Part shown: positions 1-11,690 of the stretch, in pieces
How the letters are laid out: each line of letters opens with the position of its first letter
Position numbering within the stretch: position 1 is the first letter of the stretch
DNA from: Albugo candida
Lineage: Eukaryota
Assembly (NCBI GenBank): GCA_040437565.1
Contig: JBDOQK010000031.1
Location: 62,001-126,000 of the forward strand
Reading direction: 5' to 3'
Length of the DNA: 64,000 nucleotides
Made by a program: the position numbers and the translations under genes
The notes under the pieces: generated by a model
Seen by the model: only the letters and a program-made list of their open reading frames with translations
Told to the model about the DNA's origin: nothing
Database searches by the model: none

Positions 1-54
1 TCATGCGTAATTAAAGCTGAAAAGGCATACTTTAAACGCTCATTTCTCGCACAA

Positions 55-1997
55 ATGCGTCGCAAGCGAATACATTCTAGTATATCTCGCTCTATCAAAC
101 GTCAGAGCGACGATATTAATGTGTTTTTCCGACCATTGACTCGATTATGCTCTCCGCTTCGAAAATATATTGCTTCATTTCTTGAAGCCAAAGATCTTGC
201 CAGGCTTGTGACAGTACGCTCAAATGACCGCTACTCTTTTTCATACCTCAGTTTTATTGCGATAGGTTTGTTATGCTTTGAGTTTGGACGCAGAGAGCTT
301 CGTGAAATGGAATCTACAGTCATTTCACCAAGCAGCTATGATTACCGGCACTAGCGATTTCCTTCGCACGCAGCCGAAACCGAGAAATCAATCGTGGACG
401 GAGTACCTTCACNNNNNNNNNNNNNNNNNNNNNNNNNNNNNNNNNNNNNNNNNNNNNNNNNNNNNNNNNNNNNNNNNNNNNNNNNNNNNNNNNNNNNNNN
501 NNNNNNNNNNNNCCGACCATTGACTCGATTATGCTCTCCGCTTCGAAAATATATTGCTTCATTTCTTGAAGCCAAAGATCTTGCCAGGCTTGTGACAGTA
601 CGCTCAAATGACCGCTACTCTTTTTCATACCTCAGTTTTATTGCGATAGGTTTGTTATGCTTTGAGTTTGGACGCAGAGAGCTTCGTGAAATGGAATCTA
701 CAGTCATTTCACCAAGCAGCTATGATTACCGGCACTAGCGATTTCCTTCGCACGCAGCCGAAACCGAGAAATCAATCGTGGACGGAGTACCTTCACGTAC
801 AAACCAATTTGGTATGTGAGCATCAAAGAAATATTCGGATTGTGATTGTGACACTAGGTTTATCGTCTATTTGTATACTATACTGGGTACAAAACGAGGG
901 AAATGCGAACAGCTAATCCACATTGGGCGTTTGGGTTTGTGGATGTGGACCCAAACGATCCGGCAAAAACCATCCTACCCAATGAATGGAAGGTTCATAC
1001 ACATGAACCGTGGAGTCGATGTCGCTTGAATGGGCAGGATGGTGAGTGGACACTCCGTGATTCCTATCAACACGCTCGAGCACCGAAAAGTTTTCATCGA
1101 CAAGTTGCGACTTGGGCNNNNNNNNNNNNNNNNNNNNNNNNNNNNNNNNNNNNNNNNNNNNNNNNNNNNNNNNNNNNNNNNNNNNNNNNNNNNNNNNNNN
1201 NNNNNNNNNNNNNNNNNTGTGAGCATCAAAGAAATATTCGGATTGTGATTGTGACACTAGGTTTATCGTCTATTTGTATACTATACTGGGTACAAAACGA
1301 GGGAAATGCGAACAGCTAATCCACATTGGGCGTTTGGGTTTGTGGATGTGGACCCAAACGATCCGGCAAAAACCATCCTACCCAATGAATGGAAGGTTCA
1401 TACACATGAACCGTGGAGTCGATGTCGCTTGAATGGGCAGGATGGTGAGTGGACACTCCGTGATTCCTATCAACACGCTCGAGCACCGAAAAGTTTTCAT
1501 CGACAAGTTGCGACTTGGGCTCACAGTCTTCGTGTTGGAAGCTTTTTGACCGTTGCGGTACGCTTTCACTCAGTTGGGGCTTGAGGATGCTTTCGTTTTT
1601 ATACTTATAATTTATAGTATCAAAACGTTGACTCGGAGGAGTGCGGTTGGTGGCAAGCACAAGCTTGGTACGTATGGAAATCAGGATGTAATGCCGGTAA
1701 GGGACTCACTGTCTCAATAGATAGCTCGAGTATCAACCTCAAGATGCGTAGAGCCTGCCAAAGTATATGGTGCTGATCACCCTAAGCATATCAGTGTACA
1801 TCCGGACGCGCTGTTAGAGCATTTTATGGTAAGTTTATGCAAGTGGCTGAGATGCAGTATGAAAAGTATCATTGTAGGCGCATCCTTTGCACACAATCGA
1901 TGCCGGATCGGTCACAGGAAAATGCTGTGTCTCATGCACCAGCCGAAAGCATTCCTTTCTTGACTGCCATGTTAAATTCGGTCATCCAATGTTATAG
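55..1997 (+). CDS. Multi-exon F-box-like protein (model interrupted by two gaps with artefactual duplicated flanks)
   Basis: N-terminal LTRLCSPLRKYIASFLEAKDLARLVT|VCY resembles an F-box motif. GT-AG introns (e.g. ~215-264, ~812-857, ~1829-1877) join the short ORFs. Last exon AHPLHTIDAG...GHPML stop 1995-1997. Inr-like GCTCATTT at 38-45. One internal splice junction (~1660-1720) is unresolved. Confidence 0.55.
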
Positions 1998-2824
1998 ATT
2001 ATTAGAGGTCCGTAGAGAGAAACGACACATGTAGAGGGCATTAGTCAATTGATCGAACGGGTGTAAAAAAAGGCTGATACCTAAGAGTCATTAGCTGGCG
2101 AGTCCTAAGTGCGGCGTGTAATTTGCATTGTCAAACACGCAAACTATACAGGAGCTGAAGAGTATGTTCAGTATAATAACCTGCAAATACAGAAGGTCCC
2201 TACTGATTGAATTGGACAGCACTTCAACGCATCGTACGAAGCACTACCTCTCAGAACCGTATACGAGTCATAGTGGGCTCACACTGGCAATAGTGTAGAG
2301 TCGGACGACTTAACAAGACATATAAAATAGCACACGCTCCCATTCGGAGTACGAGACTCACGTCCTACTCGAAGGAATACTAGCCCCTCACCTGCACTAC
2401 AACAATACTGCGCGCTCCCTCGACACGGTTTGAGTGCGTATTCGATCAATACGCCAAGAAGGGCCCAAGTTGACTTTATAATAGCGATCTATTCAAACGA
2501 AAGCATCGGGACTGCTTGTAGACAGCTAAGGTTCCACCAAAAATCACTGCGCGACATTCAAATGTTACAAGACGGCTTTCAGGCAGAGTGATTGCAATCA
2601 CATCAATTTCGATCGCTCTTAGACCAAATGACGTTAATTGCCTCGTATTACCGTACTCACGGTCCCTGTATGATCGTCAACGCGATCAATACTGCAACTC
2701 AGAAGAAAGCTAGAAATGAGTATCGAAAGTTCAAAGCTGTAAGGAAATAGATCAGATTGGTTGAAATGTTACAATCTGCTTATGATTGGCTATCTGCTCG
2801 TGTCGAAAGCACCTCTCATTCGAA

Positions 2825-3253
2825 ATGGTTCGCAGTCAAATCGCTAATGCTTCTAAAGTTTGTTGGCATGTTGTTGACGCTAAAGGGCAAGTAGTAGGGC
2901 GTTTAGCGTCCCAAATAGCTCCAATCTTGTGCGGTAAGCATAAACCAACTTACGCTCCTAATGTGGATTGCGGCGATCATCTTGTTGTTATCAATGCCAA
3001 AGACCTCGTGTTCACGGGTGATAAATGGAATCAAAAGCTATATCGATGGCACACTGGGTATCCTGGAGGGCTGAAGCAAAGAACCGCTAAAGAAATGTTT
3101 GAGCGAAAACCGGAAGAAATTCTTCGCAAAGCTGTTTACGGGATGCTGCCGAAAAATAAAATGCGCAAACTACAGATACAAAAACTTAACATTTTTCTAG
3201 ACGATGAACATGAATTTCACGATAAAGTAGGCTCCAGTCCAGTCATTCTGTAA
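2825..3253 (+). CDS. rplM: Ribosomal protein L13, bacterial/mitochondrial type (uL13m)
   Basis: WHVVDAKGQVVGRLASQIAPILCGKHKPTYAPNVDCGDHLVVINA...YRWHTGYPGGLK...AVYGMLPKN is the uL13 signature. ATG at 2825 follows the Inr-like CTCATT. Confidence 0.93.
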   Translation: MVRSQIANASKVCWHVVDAKGQVVGRLASQIAPILCGKHKPTYAPNVDCGDHLVVINAKDLVFTGDKWNQKLYRWHTGYPGGLKQRTAKEMFERKPEEILRKAVYGMLPKNKMRKLQIQKLNIFLDDEHEFHDKVGSSPVIL

Positions 3254-3316
3254 TTCATACAAAATAGATAAGGAGTGTTTCTGCTTTACACGATAACGTG
3301 CATTTCAGTTTCTTGA

Positions 3317-3670
3317 ATGAATGAAAAAAGGGATGTTGCCAGTATCGTGACGTTGATTATGTTAAATATCTTGATGAGAAGGCGCGGACCTTACAGAATA
3401 AAAGTTGACACTTATGAGTCGATGTGGAAGAAGTACCTCATAACGTTTTACTGGAAGGTACATGAGGGAATGGATTTTGTTGGAGAAGTTTTAGCACAAT
3501 TTCTAGGTCTAACATCAAATCATCAAAGCGTCTTCTTCCTTCAGACTCGTCAAATCGAGGAAGAAATGCAACGAAAGGTAATTAAGCGACAAAGGGTCCG
3601 ATTACATTTACAGGAACTATTACAAGTTGAGCAGCGTACATTAAATAAGCTGGAAAGGGGGGCAATTTAG
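3317..3670 (+). CDS. Small hypothetical protein with coiled-coil-like C-terminus (probably spliced)
   Basis: 117-aa ORF containing a plausible intron (AAG|GTACAT...CTTCAG|) and ending RQIEEEMQRKVIKRQRVRLHLQELLQVEQRTLNKLE. No family recognised. Confidence 0.25.
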   Translation: MNEKRDVASIVTLIMLNILMRRRGPYRIKVDTYESMWKKYLITFYWKVHEGMDFVGEVLAQFLGLTSNHQSVFFLQTRQIEEEMQRKVIKRQRVRLHLQELLQVEQRTLNKLERGAI

Positions 3671-4491
3671 TATGAGAATTTTCATTTATAACGTTTCCAA
3701 GAGGAATAGATTGGAATAAAAATTGATGAGAATCTTTTATTGTTATATTACTTGAGATGGGAGTCAGAGTTTCCTTAGTTTTTTACTTTGGCGTGCAGTA
3801 AACGGCGGTGCTAAAATATTCAACTGGGCGATTGGGCTACTAAGATGCATGAGGTAATCACGGTGCGAACACCATTGACGAACAAGCAGATTCAATAGGC
3901 TGTCGTGAGGGATTTTCTTTACTCACTTCGCCTTCCAATTAGTATGCCGGACACAATGATTGGTTCGAAGTTTAGTTTCAATACTCCAACAGACTACTAC
4001 TGTCAATTAGCTTGGGATCGACACAAAATATTGTAAAGTGAATGATTGAATAATATCCTCAGTGTAAGTGAGTGTACAGTACTTTCAAAGCTGGGATGAG
4101 AGGAAGCTGAATGATTTGGCGGGAAAATTGTTCATATCAATTAATTAGCACTTCAACATGCAAACGGTTCAAGTTTGGTTTTGTCGACGGAATCACTCAT
4201 GAAAGTGTATACCATCATAATACTACAGCAGTTTACCCGTATACAGGGACAATTCAAAGAGTTGTGTATACTCAGCCCAAGATATTTTTAACACTACTCA
4301 GAAAACGCTATACCTGAATCAAAGGGAGGGAAACGGGTGGAATCCAGCTAGTTTGTTCGTTTCGTAGAGACTTGACGTAGCGAACGGTATTTCTGTACAA
4401 GTTTGGATACACTCAGAGTATAGCTACAGCTTCGAATCACAAAGTGTCAACATCCACAAAACGTATAGCGGAGAACCCTGATACTTTGGAA

Positions 4492-7400
4492 ATGGTACGT
4501 ACGCATGTACGCCGGCTGTACACACGTAACTCACTGTAATTTACCGTGTAGCCACCTAAAGCTGTCATTCCTTTGCGACAACGTCGGACAACCGTCAAAA
4601 AGATCAAATATGCAGAAGATGAATTATCAGACGGAGAAAAAGAAGAATATGTCGAGAAACGCAAAAAAGCTCGTCAGCTCGAGTATCAAACACGACAGGT
4701 TTGCACACACTTCTTGTTCCCAATATCGCGAAATTTACGTTTGCAACGTGTAGGATACTGGGTATCCGCTCTTAGATCAAATAGTTGGTCGTCGAATCAA
4801 CAAACACAACGGCCTTGTGGAGTATTTATGTAAATTTTCGGGTCGTTCCTATTTGCATTTATGGTGGCTCTTATTTGAGGAAGTCGAACTNNNNNNNNNN
4901 NNNNNNNNNNNNNNNNNNNNNNNNNNNNNNNNNNNNNNNNNNNNNNNNNNNNNNNNNNNNNNNNNNNNNNNNNNNNNNNNNNNNNNNNNNTTTATGTAAA
5001 TTTTCGGGTCGTTCCTATTTGCATTTATGGTGGCTCTTATTTGAGGAAGTCGAACTATTTTTTCCGGAAGGATATCAAAACTTTCACCGAATTCAAACAT
5101 TTGACCGCAAAATGCGTCGTGAAGGGTATCAAGATATAGAGGATGTTGATGAACTTGAGGCTGGAAAAATAACCGTTGAGAAAATATTGAATCATAAAGT
5201 AGATCCAATGGATCATTTGGACCAAGCAATTGAGACGCGTCGTGCACAGGTACCATCCAAAACACGATTTCCACGAGTAACAGACGCATTCCTCATCGAA
5301 CATGCCGATACCGTCCATGAACGAATGTCAGCTCTCGTCAAAAAGCTCTCTAATGAACATGGAGGTGACCTCTTTCGTCAACCTGTCGATACCAAGTATG
5401 TATTCATTCTCACAAGGTATCATTTCTCACAATACTCACCCTCCATCCTGCAGCCTCGTCACCGACTACCTCCAAATCATTCACAATCCAATGGATCTAG
5501 GGACAATTGGCTCTCGTCTTGCCCGGGAGAACTATTATATCGGTCCATCTGCCTCCGCTCTGTTCGCTTCCGACGTCCGACTCATTTTCGCCAATTGCAT
5601 GCAATACAACGCAGAAAAATCAGATATTTGGATCATTGCGTCGCAATTATCAAAGTGTTTTGAGAAATGGATGTACGACTGGATCCTGTGCCCCAGCGCG
5701 TGGCTCCAATTCCTACAAATGAACTCTCCGAACACCAAACAGCAACAAGATCGCTACGCTCGAGCTGAGCGAACCTTTACAACTTGGGCGCCTTGGGAAA
5801 GCGGTTGTTTCGTTTGCCATAGCCCCAGCGACAGCGACAAACTCCTTTTATGTGATCGATGCGATGGAGAAATTCATATGTTTTGCACATCGCCGGCGAT
5901 CACGAAACTGCCCGAAGGCGAATGGCTGTGCTCCTTTTGCTGCGTGCGAAAAGAATTTGAAGCAAAGTCAGACCGTCCGCCTCGAAAGAACGATAAAAGG
6001 AGCAAACGAAAGGCCAAAGAGACATTACATACCTCTGAATTCCCTCGGATGCTGACGGAAATGATCGATACGGAACGGAAGCATAACGCTCGATCGCCGA
6101 CTGCCAAAGCGACACAAGCGTCCGATACGAAGGCAACGTTCTTTCTGGTCAAATGGTTGGGCCTATCGATCCGATTTTCGACGTGGGAACGACCCGAGGA
6201 TATCGGTGACGATGAAGAGATCCAACGATATTTCAAATTCGCTCGCGTTCCAACAGCGAAAGAGATCGCAGAGACCACGTGTCAGCTTCCGTGCTGTGCG
6301 AAACGGAATCAGAACTCACATTCTCAGCCACGAAATTGCTGTGCCAAAGATCGATTCTGCACACTCGGACACATGCACGAAGGCGAATGCAGTCGAGAAA
6401 TCAAGCGACACGAGCAAAATGCCACGTACGGGACGCAACAGTATCGAATTTGGCGAATGACGGAACAGATCAAAGCACAGCTCTTCGCGCTACATTGTCT
6501 ATTGAACAACCACACACCAAATCCTCACGTCTTGAAGCAATGTGGCGCTCGAACGTATGCGTTTGTGTGTCGGAAAGAGCTTTTAGTCGCGCCATTGAAC
6601 GCTCACGACGAAGAGGAAGACGAAGAGTACGCGGTGGAGGAATCCAGTTCCGATTCTTCCGAAGACGAAAATGAAGGAATCGATCAAGAAGAAATGGAGC
6701 TTGTTGGGTCTTCTTCCATCGTACCTGACGCAACTGTGGAGAATGGTGTCATTCCGAGTAAGAAAAAGGCGAGTGTCCATGTGAGTGAGGTCGTTGGATG
6801 TATGGTCGAACACATTGCGTTTGGGTATCCTTGCGACTTGGAAAAGGTGCAAAGGCGTGTACGACGGAATGCAGCGTTCCCACCGGTGCTCACAGGCAAT
6901 TTGGAAGCGTACACAGAGTACGGAGTCACATTACGTCGCTCTCCTTTCGGTCTCGGAATGCGTCTCGGAGTCGCTGATAACGGGAGTACATCGGTGTTGG
7001 GCTTCCAGCAGTTGTCTAACGGTATGATGGGACCCGCTCAAGCGGCACAAGTGATCAGTATTGGCGATGTGTTGGTGGCTGTGAACGGCACAGCCGTCGC
7101 GGGAATGGGATTTAAAGATATCATTCAGCTGATCGCTCGTTCGATTGATTTCGTGACGCTCCATTTCCATACAAAAGCACGACCCGCATTGGCATTCCCT
7201 CCCTTCTGTCAAGCTCGTTTGGTCGTTTGCATGGACGACAGTCAGACGCATGAGGAAGCGATTCCTCGTTCTCGGTATATCCCATTCAGCTTCCAAGAGT
7301 ATCATCCGGTGCTTCAGGTCGGAGGGAAGCGCGAGCCACACGCAGTAGACACTCAGCCTGCCGCGTTTGTGACGCCCAGTGGCCCCATGCAGCATCTGTA

Positions 7401-10400
7401 CGCTGCCGTAGTAGACAACAGCATCGATCCACATGAGCATTTCGCGAGTTTTCTTCCCAGTAAACCGAAAGCAGCTTTGCCACACAAATTGGAAAAAGGT
7501 GATTTTATTCCGTACGAACACTCGCCGACGTACAAAGGCGGACGCACGTTGCGTTCGTATCAGGTCGATGGACTGAATTGGATCATCTCGTGCTGGAAAG
7601 CCCAACGCTCATGCATTTTAGCTGACGAAATGGGTCTCGGGAAAACGATACAAGTGGCTGCATTACTGGAACATTTCAAGTCGGAAGAGAGTATTCGTGG
7701 CCCGTTCTTGATTGTGGTCCCGCTGTCGACGATTCAGCACTGGCGACGTGAGCTGCAAGGCTGGACGGACCTCAATGTGTGCGTGTACCACGATATCGGC
7801 GATCGACAGAACCGCGGGTTCAATTCCAAAGACATGCGAGCAATGATCCGCATGCACGAATGGTATTACTCGAATCTCGGGAACAGCTCCATATTCCGTT
7901 TCCACGTGCTTCTGACGACATTTGAGACGATTTTGGCTGATTTTGAAGAATTCGAATCGATTCATTGGCGTCTTTTGGTTGTGGATGAAGCACATCGATT
8001 GAAAAGCGCAGGCTCTCGCGTTCTCAAGCAAATGCGTGTGTTACATTGCGATCGCAAGCTCTTACTCACCGGCACACCGCTTCAAAACAATATGCAGGAG
8101 CTTTGGGTCCTTATCAATTTCTTGGAGCCCGTCAAATTTGCGAGCTTTGAGGATTTCGATGCGAAATTCGGCCGTTTGCAATCGCACGAGCAAGTTGTCA
8201 CACTTCAGAAATTGTTGGCACCGTACGTTCTCCGCCGCGTGAAAGAAGACGTCGAGAAGAGTATCCCGCCAAAGGAAGAAACGATCATCGCTGTGGAGCT
8301 GACAACGCTTCAGAAACAGTATTATCGCGCCATTTACGACAAAAATCAGAGTTTCTTGTATCGCGGCATCCAAAATGGGCTTCCACGGCTTGTGAATATT
8401 CAGCTGCAGCTTCGGCAATGTTGTAATCATCCGTTTCTCATCAAAGGCGTCGAAGATCGCGAGTTGTCGGAACTTGGTTTTGAACCTTCTGCTGATCAAA
8501 TTATGGACAAAACGATTCAGTGCTCGGGGAAATTCGTTTTGGTGTCGAAATTGCTTCCAAAACTCAAACGGGAAGGTCGTAAAGTGCTCATTTTTAGTCA
8601 ATTTCTCAAACAATTGGATCTGTTGGAGCGATATTGCGAGTATCACGGCTTTGGGTACGAGCGGCTAGACGGATCAACCAATGGAGCTGCTCGTCAGGCT
8701 TCCATCGATCGGTTCTCTCGTCCCAATGCGAAATCGTTTGTGTTTTTATTGAGCACGAAAGCCGGTGGTGTTGGAATCAATCTCATTGCTGCGGATACGG
8801 TCGTCATCTTCGACAGCGATTGGAATCCCCAAAACGATCTTCAGGCCCAATCGCGTTGTCATCGCATCGGACAGAGCAAAACGGTGCAAATATATCGCTT
8901 GGTGACGCGAAATACGTACGAGAGCGAGATGTTTGAACGTGCTTCACAAAAGCTCGGTCTTGAGCATGCGGTTCTCGGCTCAGGCTCTTTCCACGACGGC
9001 GTACAAGCCAATAAACCAAGTGCCCAGGAACTGGTGGATTTGCTCAAGAAAGGCGCATACGCTTTGTTGGAAGACGATCAAGCGTCCAAGCAATTCGCTG
9101 AGCGCGATATTGAGACAATACTTCGTGAGAACGCGCATGTATGCAAAACGAATGCGGATCATCGGATGCAGAAATCGCTGGCTGGTATCGCTGTGGATCG
9201 GTCGTCTTTCGTCGCTGATGGATCGACAGGCGAATTGAGCGTCGACGATCCGAATTTCTGGGAGAAGGTATTGCCTGGCGCCATGTCTGTAGAAATGTTG
9301 AGCATTCAATTGGAAGAGGGGAGCGCGTATGCCACCAATGAGTCGAAAACAAAATTTATTGGAAAATTGGGTGTCGCATTGGACGCGTTGGTGATCGATA
9401 AAAGCAGCGATTCTCGTATCGGCGTCGAGCGGGAATACGATCTCGCAATCCAAGTGCTGCATCGAATCAGTACGAAATTGAGCAAACATTTCTCGCGACA
9501 GCAATTGACGATAGTGGGGACGTATCTCTCACGTTTGGAGAAATCGCGTGTGCGCTCGTGTCGGACATTGGGAACGCCGGAATCGCGTCGACGGGAGAAT
9601 GGAACCGTTGAAGAGATCAAAAAACGAAAACGGACGATCAAAGCTTCTCGAGCGAAACCAATGCAAATGATCCCAGAGACTGATGATTTGTGCACATTGT
9701 GTGGCGATGGAGGTCTGATTCTTTTCTGTGACGGTCCTTGTCATCGCTCGTTCCATCTGGAATGCATCGGAATGACGCAAGAGCCGCAAGATGAGCAATG
9801 GTTGTGTCCCGATTGTAAGGCTGGAAAGCATATGTGTTTGCTATGCAAACAGGTTGGTGAAATGGGCGTTGAATTCGGTGTGTTACAATGCTCCATGGCG
9901 CGTTGTGGTCGTTTTTACCATCGTGGATGCCTGGAGACTGATCGACATGTGGAATGGGTCGGGAAAAAACGATTTCGATGTCCAAGTCATTTCTGCCATC
10001 AATGCAAAGAGCGGAAGCGACCACGTCACTCGACCATCGTTAGCTGTTTGCATTGTGCCCGAGCGTTCCACGCGGATTGTATTCCTTCCAACGATAACGT
10101 CCGACTGTCTCGAGGCCTTATGATCTGCTCCAAACATGTAAAAAATGGGCAAGTTCGAGCTGCTACAGAAAAAGTGTGTGAATTGTGTAATCGGGAAAAT
10201 GGAGCCTTCGTCGAGACTCCTGTGCGTGTGGACAAAGCGACTCAGCGGGTAGCCGTGCATGTGGAATGTGCTCGTCACTCGGAGCATGTGTATGTGAATA
10301 AACACGGAAGCTATTGCAATTTGGCACGCGCAATCAAACGATCTCGACAGGTGAATTGTGGTCGATGTGAGCGCGTGGGCGCCACTGTGCGTTGTCACGG

Positions 10401-10581
10401 AGATAATTGTCAAATGTTTCATTTACATTGTGCTCAAGAGGATGGCGTCTTTGTGGAATCTCGGTTCTATTGCAAGGTGCATCAGCCTGTGGTCGATAGG
10501 CAAGAGGAACATAGCGAGCAAACCGATGATCGACGTAAAAGCCTTCGGAATCGGAAAAAACGCAAAGGCTCGGGTGAATGA
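4492..10581 (+). CDS. CHD-family SNF2 chromatin remodeler (chromo, bromo, PHD, PDZ, SNF2 ATPase/helicase C, C-terminal PHD cluster)
   Basis: SNF2 motifs ILADEMGLGKT, VVDEAHRLK, LLTGTPLQNN, FDSDWNPQNDLQAQSRCHRIGQ. Chromodomain EYLCKFSGRSYLHLWW, bromodomain LFRQPVD..DYLQIIHNPMDL..FANCMQYN, C4HC3 PHDs, PDZ GLGMRL..GDVLVAVNG. Introns ~4495-4550, ~4699-4753, ~5396-5453. Confidence 0.92.
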
Positions 10582-11610
10582 TTATCGTCGCATTGTGTGT
10601 GAGTAGTCTTGAAGCTTTTGAAGATCGGATGCCACGTGAGCGTCAAAGTATGGCCGCCAGAGAAGTCGATAGAGAAAGCTGTGTGGGAATGGAACAAGTG
10701 CTCTGGCTTTGGTTTCTTCGCTTTGTCCGCCCAAGGCTTTTATGTGGTGTAGAATCCAAGGCACGACGATGCGTTTTTGTCGAATGGAAAAGAATAGTGG
10801 ACGGAGAATCATTGTTTCTGACGTGACCGACTCCAACGCGGGCGCCAATTCGCACTCTTCAACAGTACACACGCTCACGAGTGTGAGAGTTAGCGTGCGG
10901 AGGTCGTGTTGTATGGTACTGATATGTGACATCCAGGCTTTCTCTTCCACTCGTTTATGAGCCTGCATGTGTCCAATGTGAGCGTCCAAAAGTGTGTTAG
11001 CGTCTTTAATCTCGTCGAGGACGTCGGATGAAATATCATTACCAACCATCGGATACAGCATCTTCCATTTGATGTCACGCTGCGAATTGAGGAAATCTGT
11101 GAATGCCGCAATTACTCGATACATTCGCTTCAGCAATTTGGGAGTTTCAGAACTCGTTGAATGGATTTGAATCGCTGTGAGAAATTGATCCATCACAAAG
11201 CATGTGTGACGCATTGGCTCATGAAGTTGCAGTAAAAGTCGACCCGCCCAATTCGAAGAGTTTGGATCCAATACGATCGAATAAATGAGACTTTCACGAC
11301 ATTTGCGTGGCGGCTGAGCCTCTGGTGGGAAGGTCGATGTCTTTGAGGCTGTTTCAAGCCAATTGGAAGGGACGGATCGCATCGATTGTGGTGTGAGAAT
11401 GGGCAGCATCCAAATGTTGACAGAAAGCATTCGTTGTGGCGCGGCGTAAGCGGTGGCAAAGTCTGTTTGTGCGGTAAGGAAGTAAGCGACTTGGGTGATA
11501 TCAATGAATTTCAGGCTTTCCCGCGCGTTTTTTGGCATTTTCCAGAGATTGGGATACAATGCAAAGCCCAAAGGTTCCGAAGTTGCCTTTTTAACGCGTT
11601 GACAATACAT
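10582..11610 (-). CDS. Hypothetical protein with a degenerate hemerythrin-like helical domain
   Basis: Intact 342-aa ORF. LLLQLHEPMRH...FLNSQRDIKWKMLYP...VEECELAPAL has spacing reminiscent of hemerythrin/HHE domains. Confidence 0.6.
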   Translation of the reverse strand: MYCQRVKKATSEPLGFALYPNLWKMPKNARESLKFIDITQVAYFLTAQTDFATAYAAPQRMLSVNIWMLPILTPQSMRSVPSNWLETASKTSTFPPEAQPPRKCRESLIYSIVLDPNSSNWAGRLLLQLHEPMRHTCFVMDQFLTAIQIHSTSSETPKLLKRMYRVIAAFTDFLNSQRDIKWKMLYPMVGNDISSDVLDEIKDANTLLDAHIGHMQAHKRVEEKAWMSHISTIQHDLRTLTLTLVSVCTVEECELAPALESVTSETMILRPLFFSIRQKRIVVPWILHHIKALGGQSEETKARALVPFPHSFLYRLLWRPYFDAHVASDLQKLQDYSHTMRR

Positions 11611-11690
11611 TTCGATCGATTTTTAATTGAGAATGAATGCGATTGGATTGTAGAGTGTGAGTTCTTTTTCAAGAGATTGGAGGGTTCTAT

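Noticed and set aside
130-1520. Apparent tandem exon duplications in the F-box gene (130-412/513-796; 814-1117/1218-1520)
   Set aside because: Identical copies directly flanking 100-N gaps, i.e. unmerged contig overlaps.
1685-1705. TAATGCCGGTAAGGGA resembling the 3' part of a TPP riboswitch
   Set aside because: No upstream GCTGAGA/P2-P3 elements in the right position, and the host gene is unrelated to thiamine.
2065-2290. U11-like AAAAAGGC start and RNase MRP-like GAAGGTCCC...GGGCTCA motifs
   Set aside because: No U11 stem-loop III or Sm site on that strand. The MRP motifs are too close together and pair poorly.
2640-2715. U4atac-like sequence on the minus strand
   Set aside because: Lacks the TGCTAAC segment needed to pair with U6atac, and the k-turn is unconvincing.
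5500-10450. Numerous antisense and alternate-frame ORFs over the CHD gene (likewise over PRP31, C69, PUM3 and the HERC-like gene)
   Set aside because: Shadow ORFs of long coding exons with no recognisable motifs.
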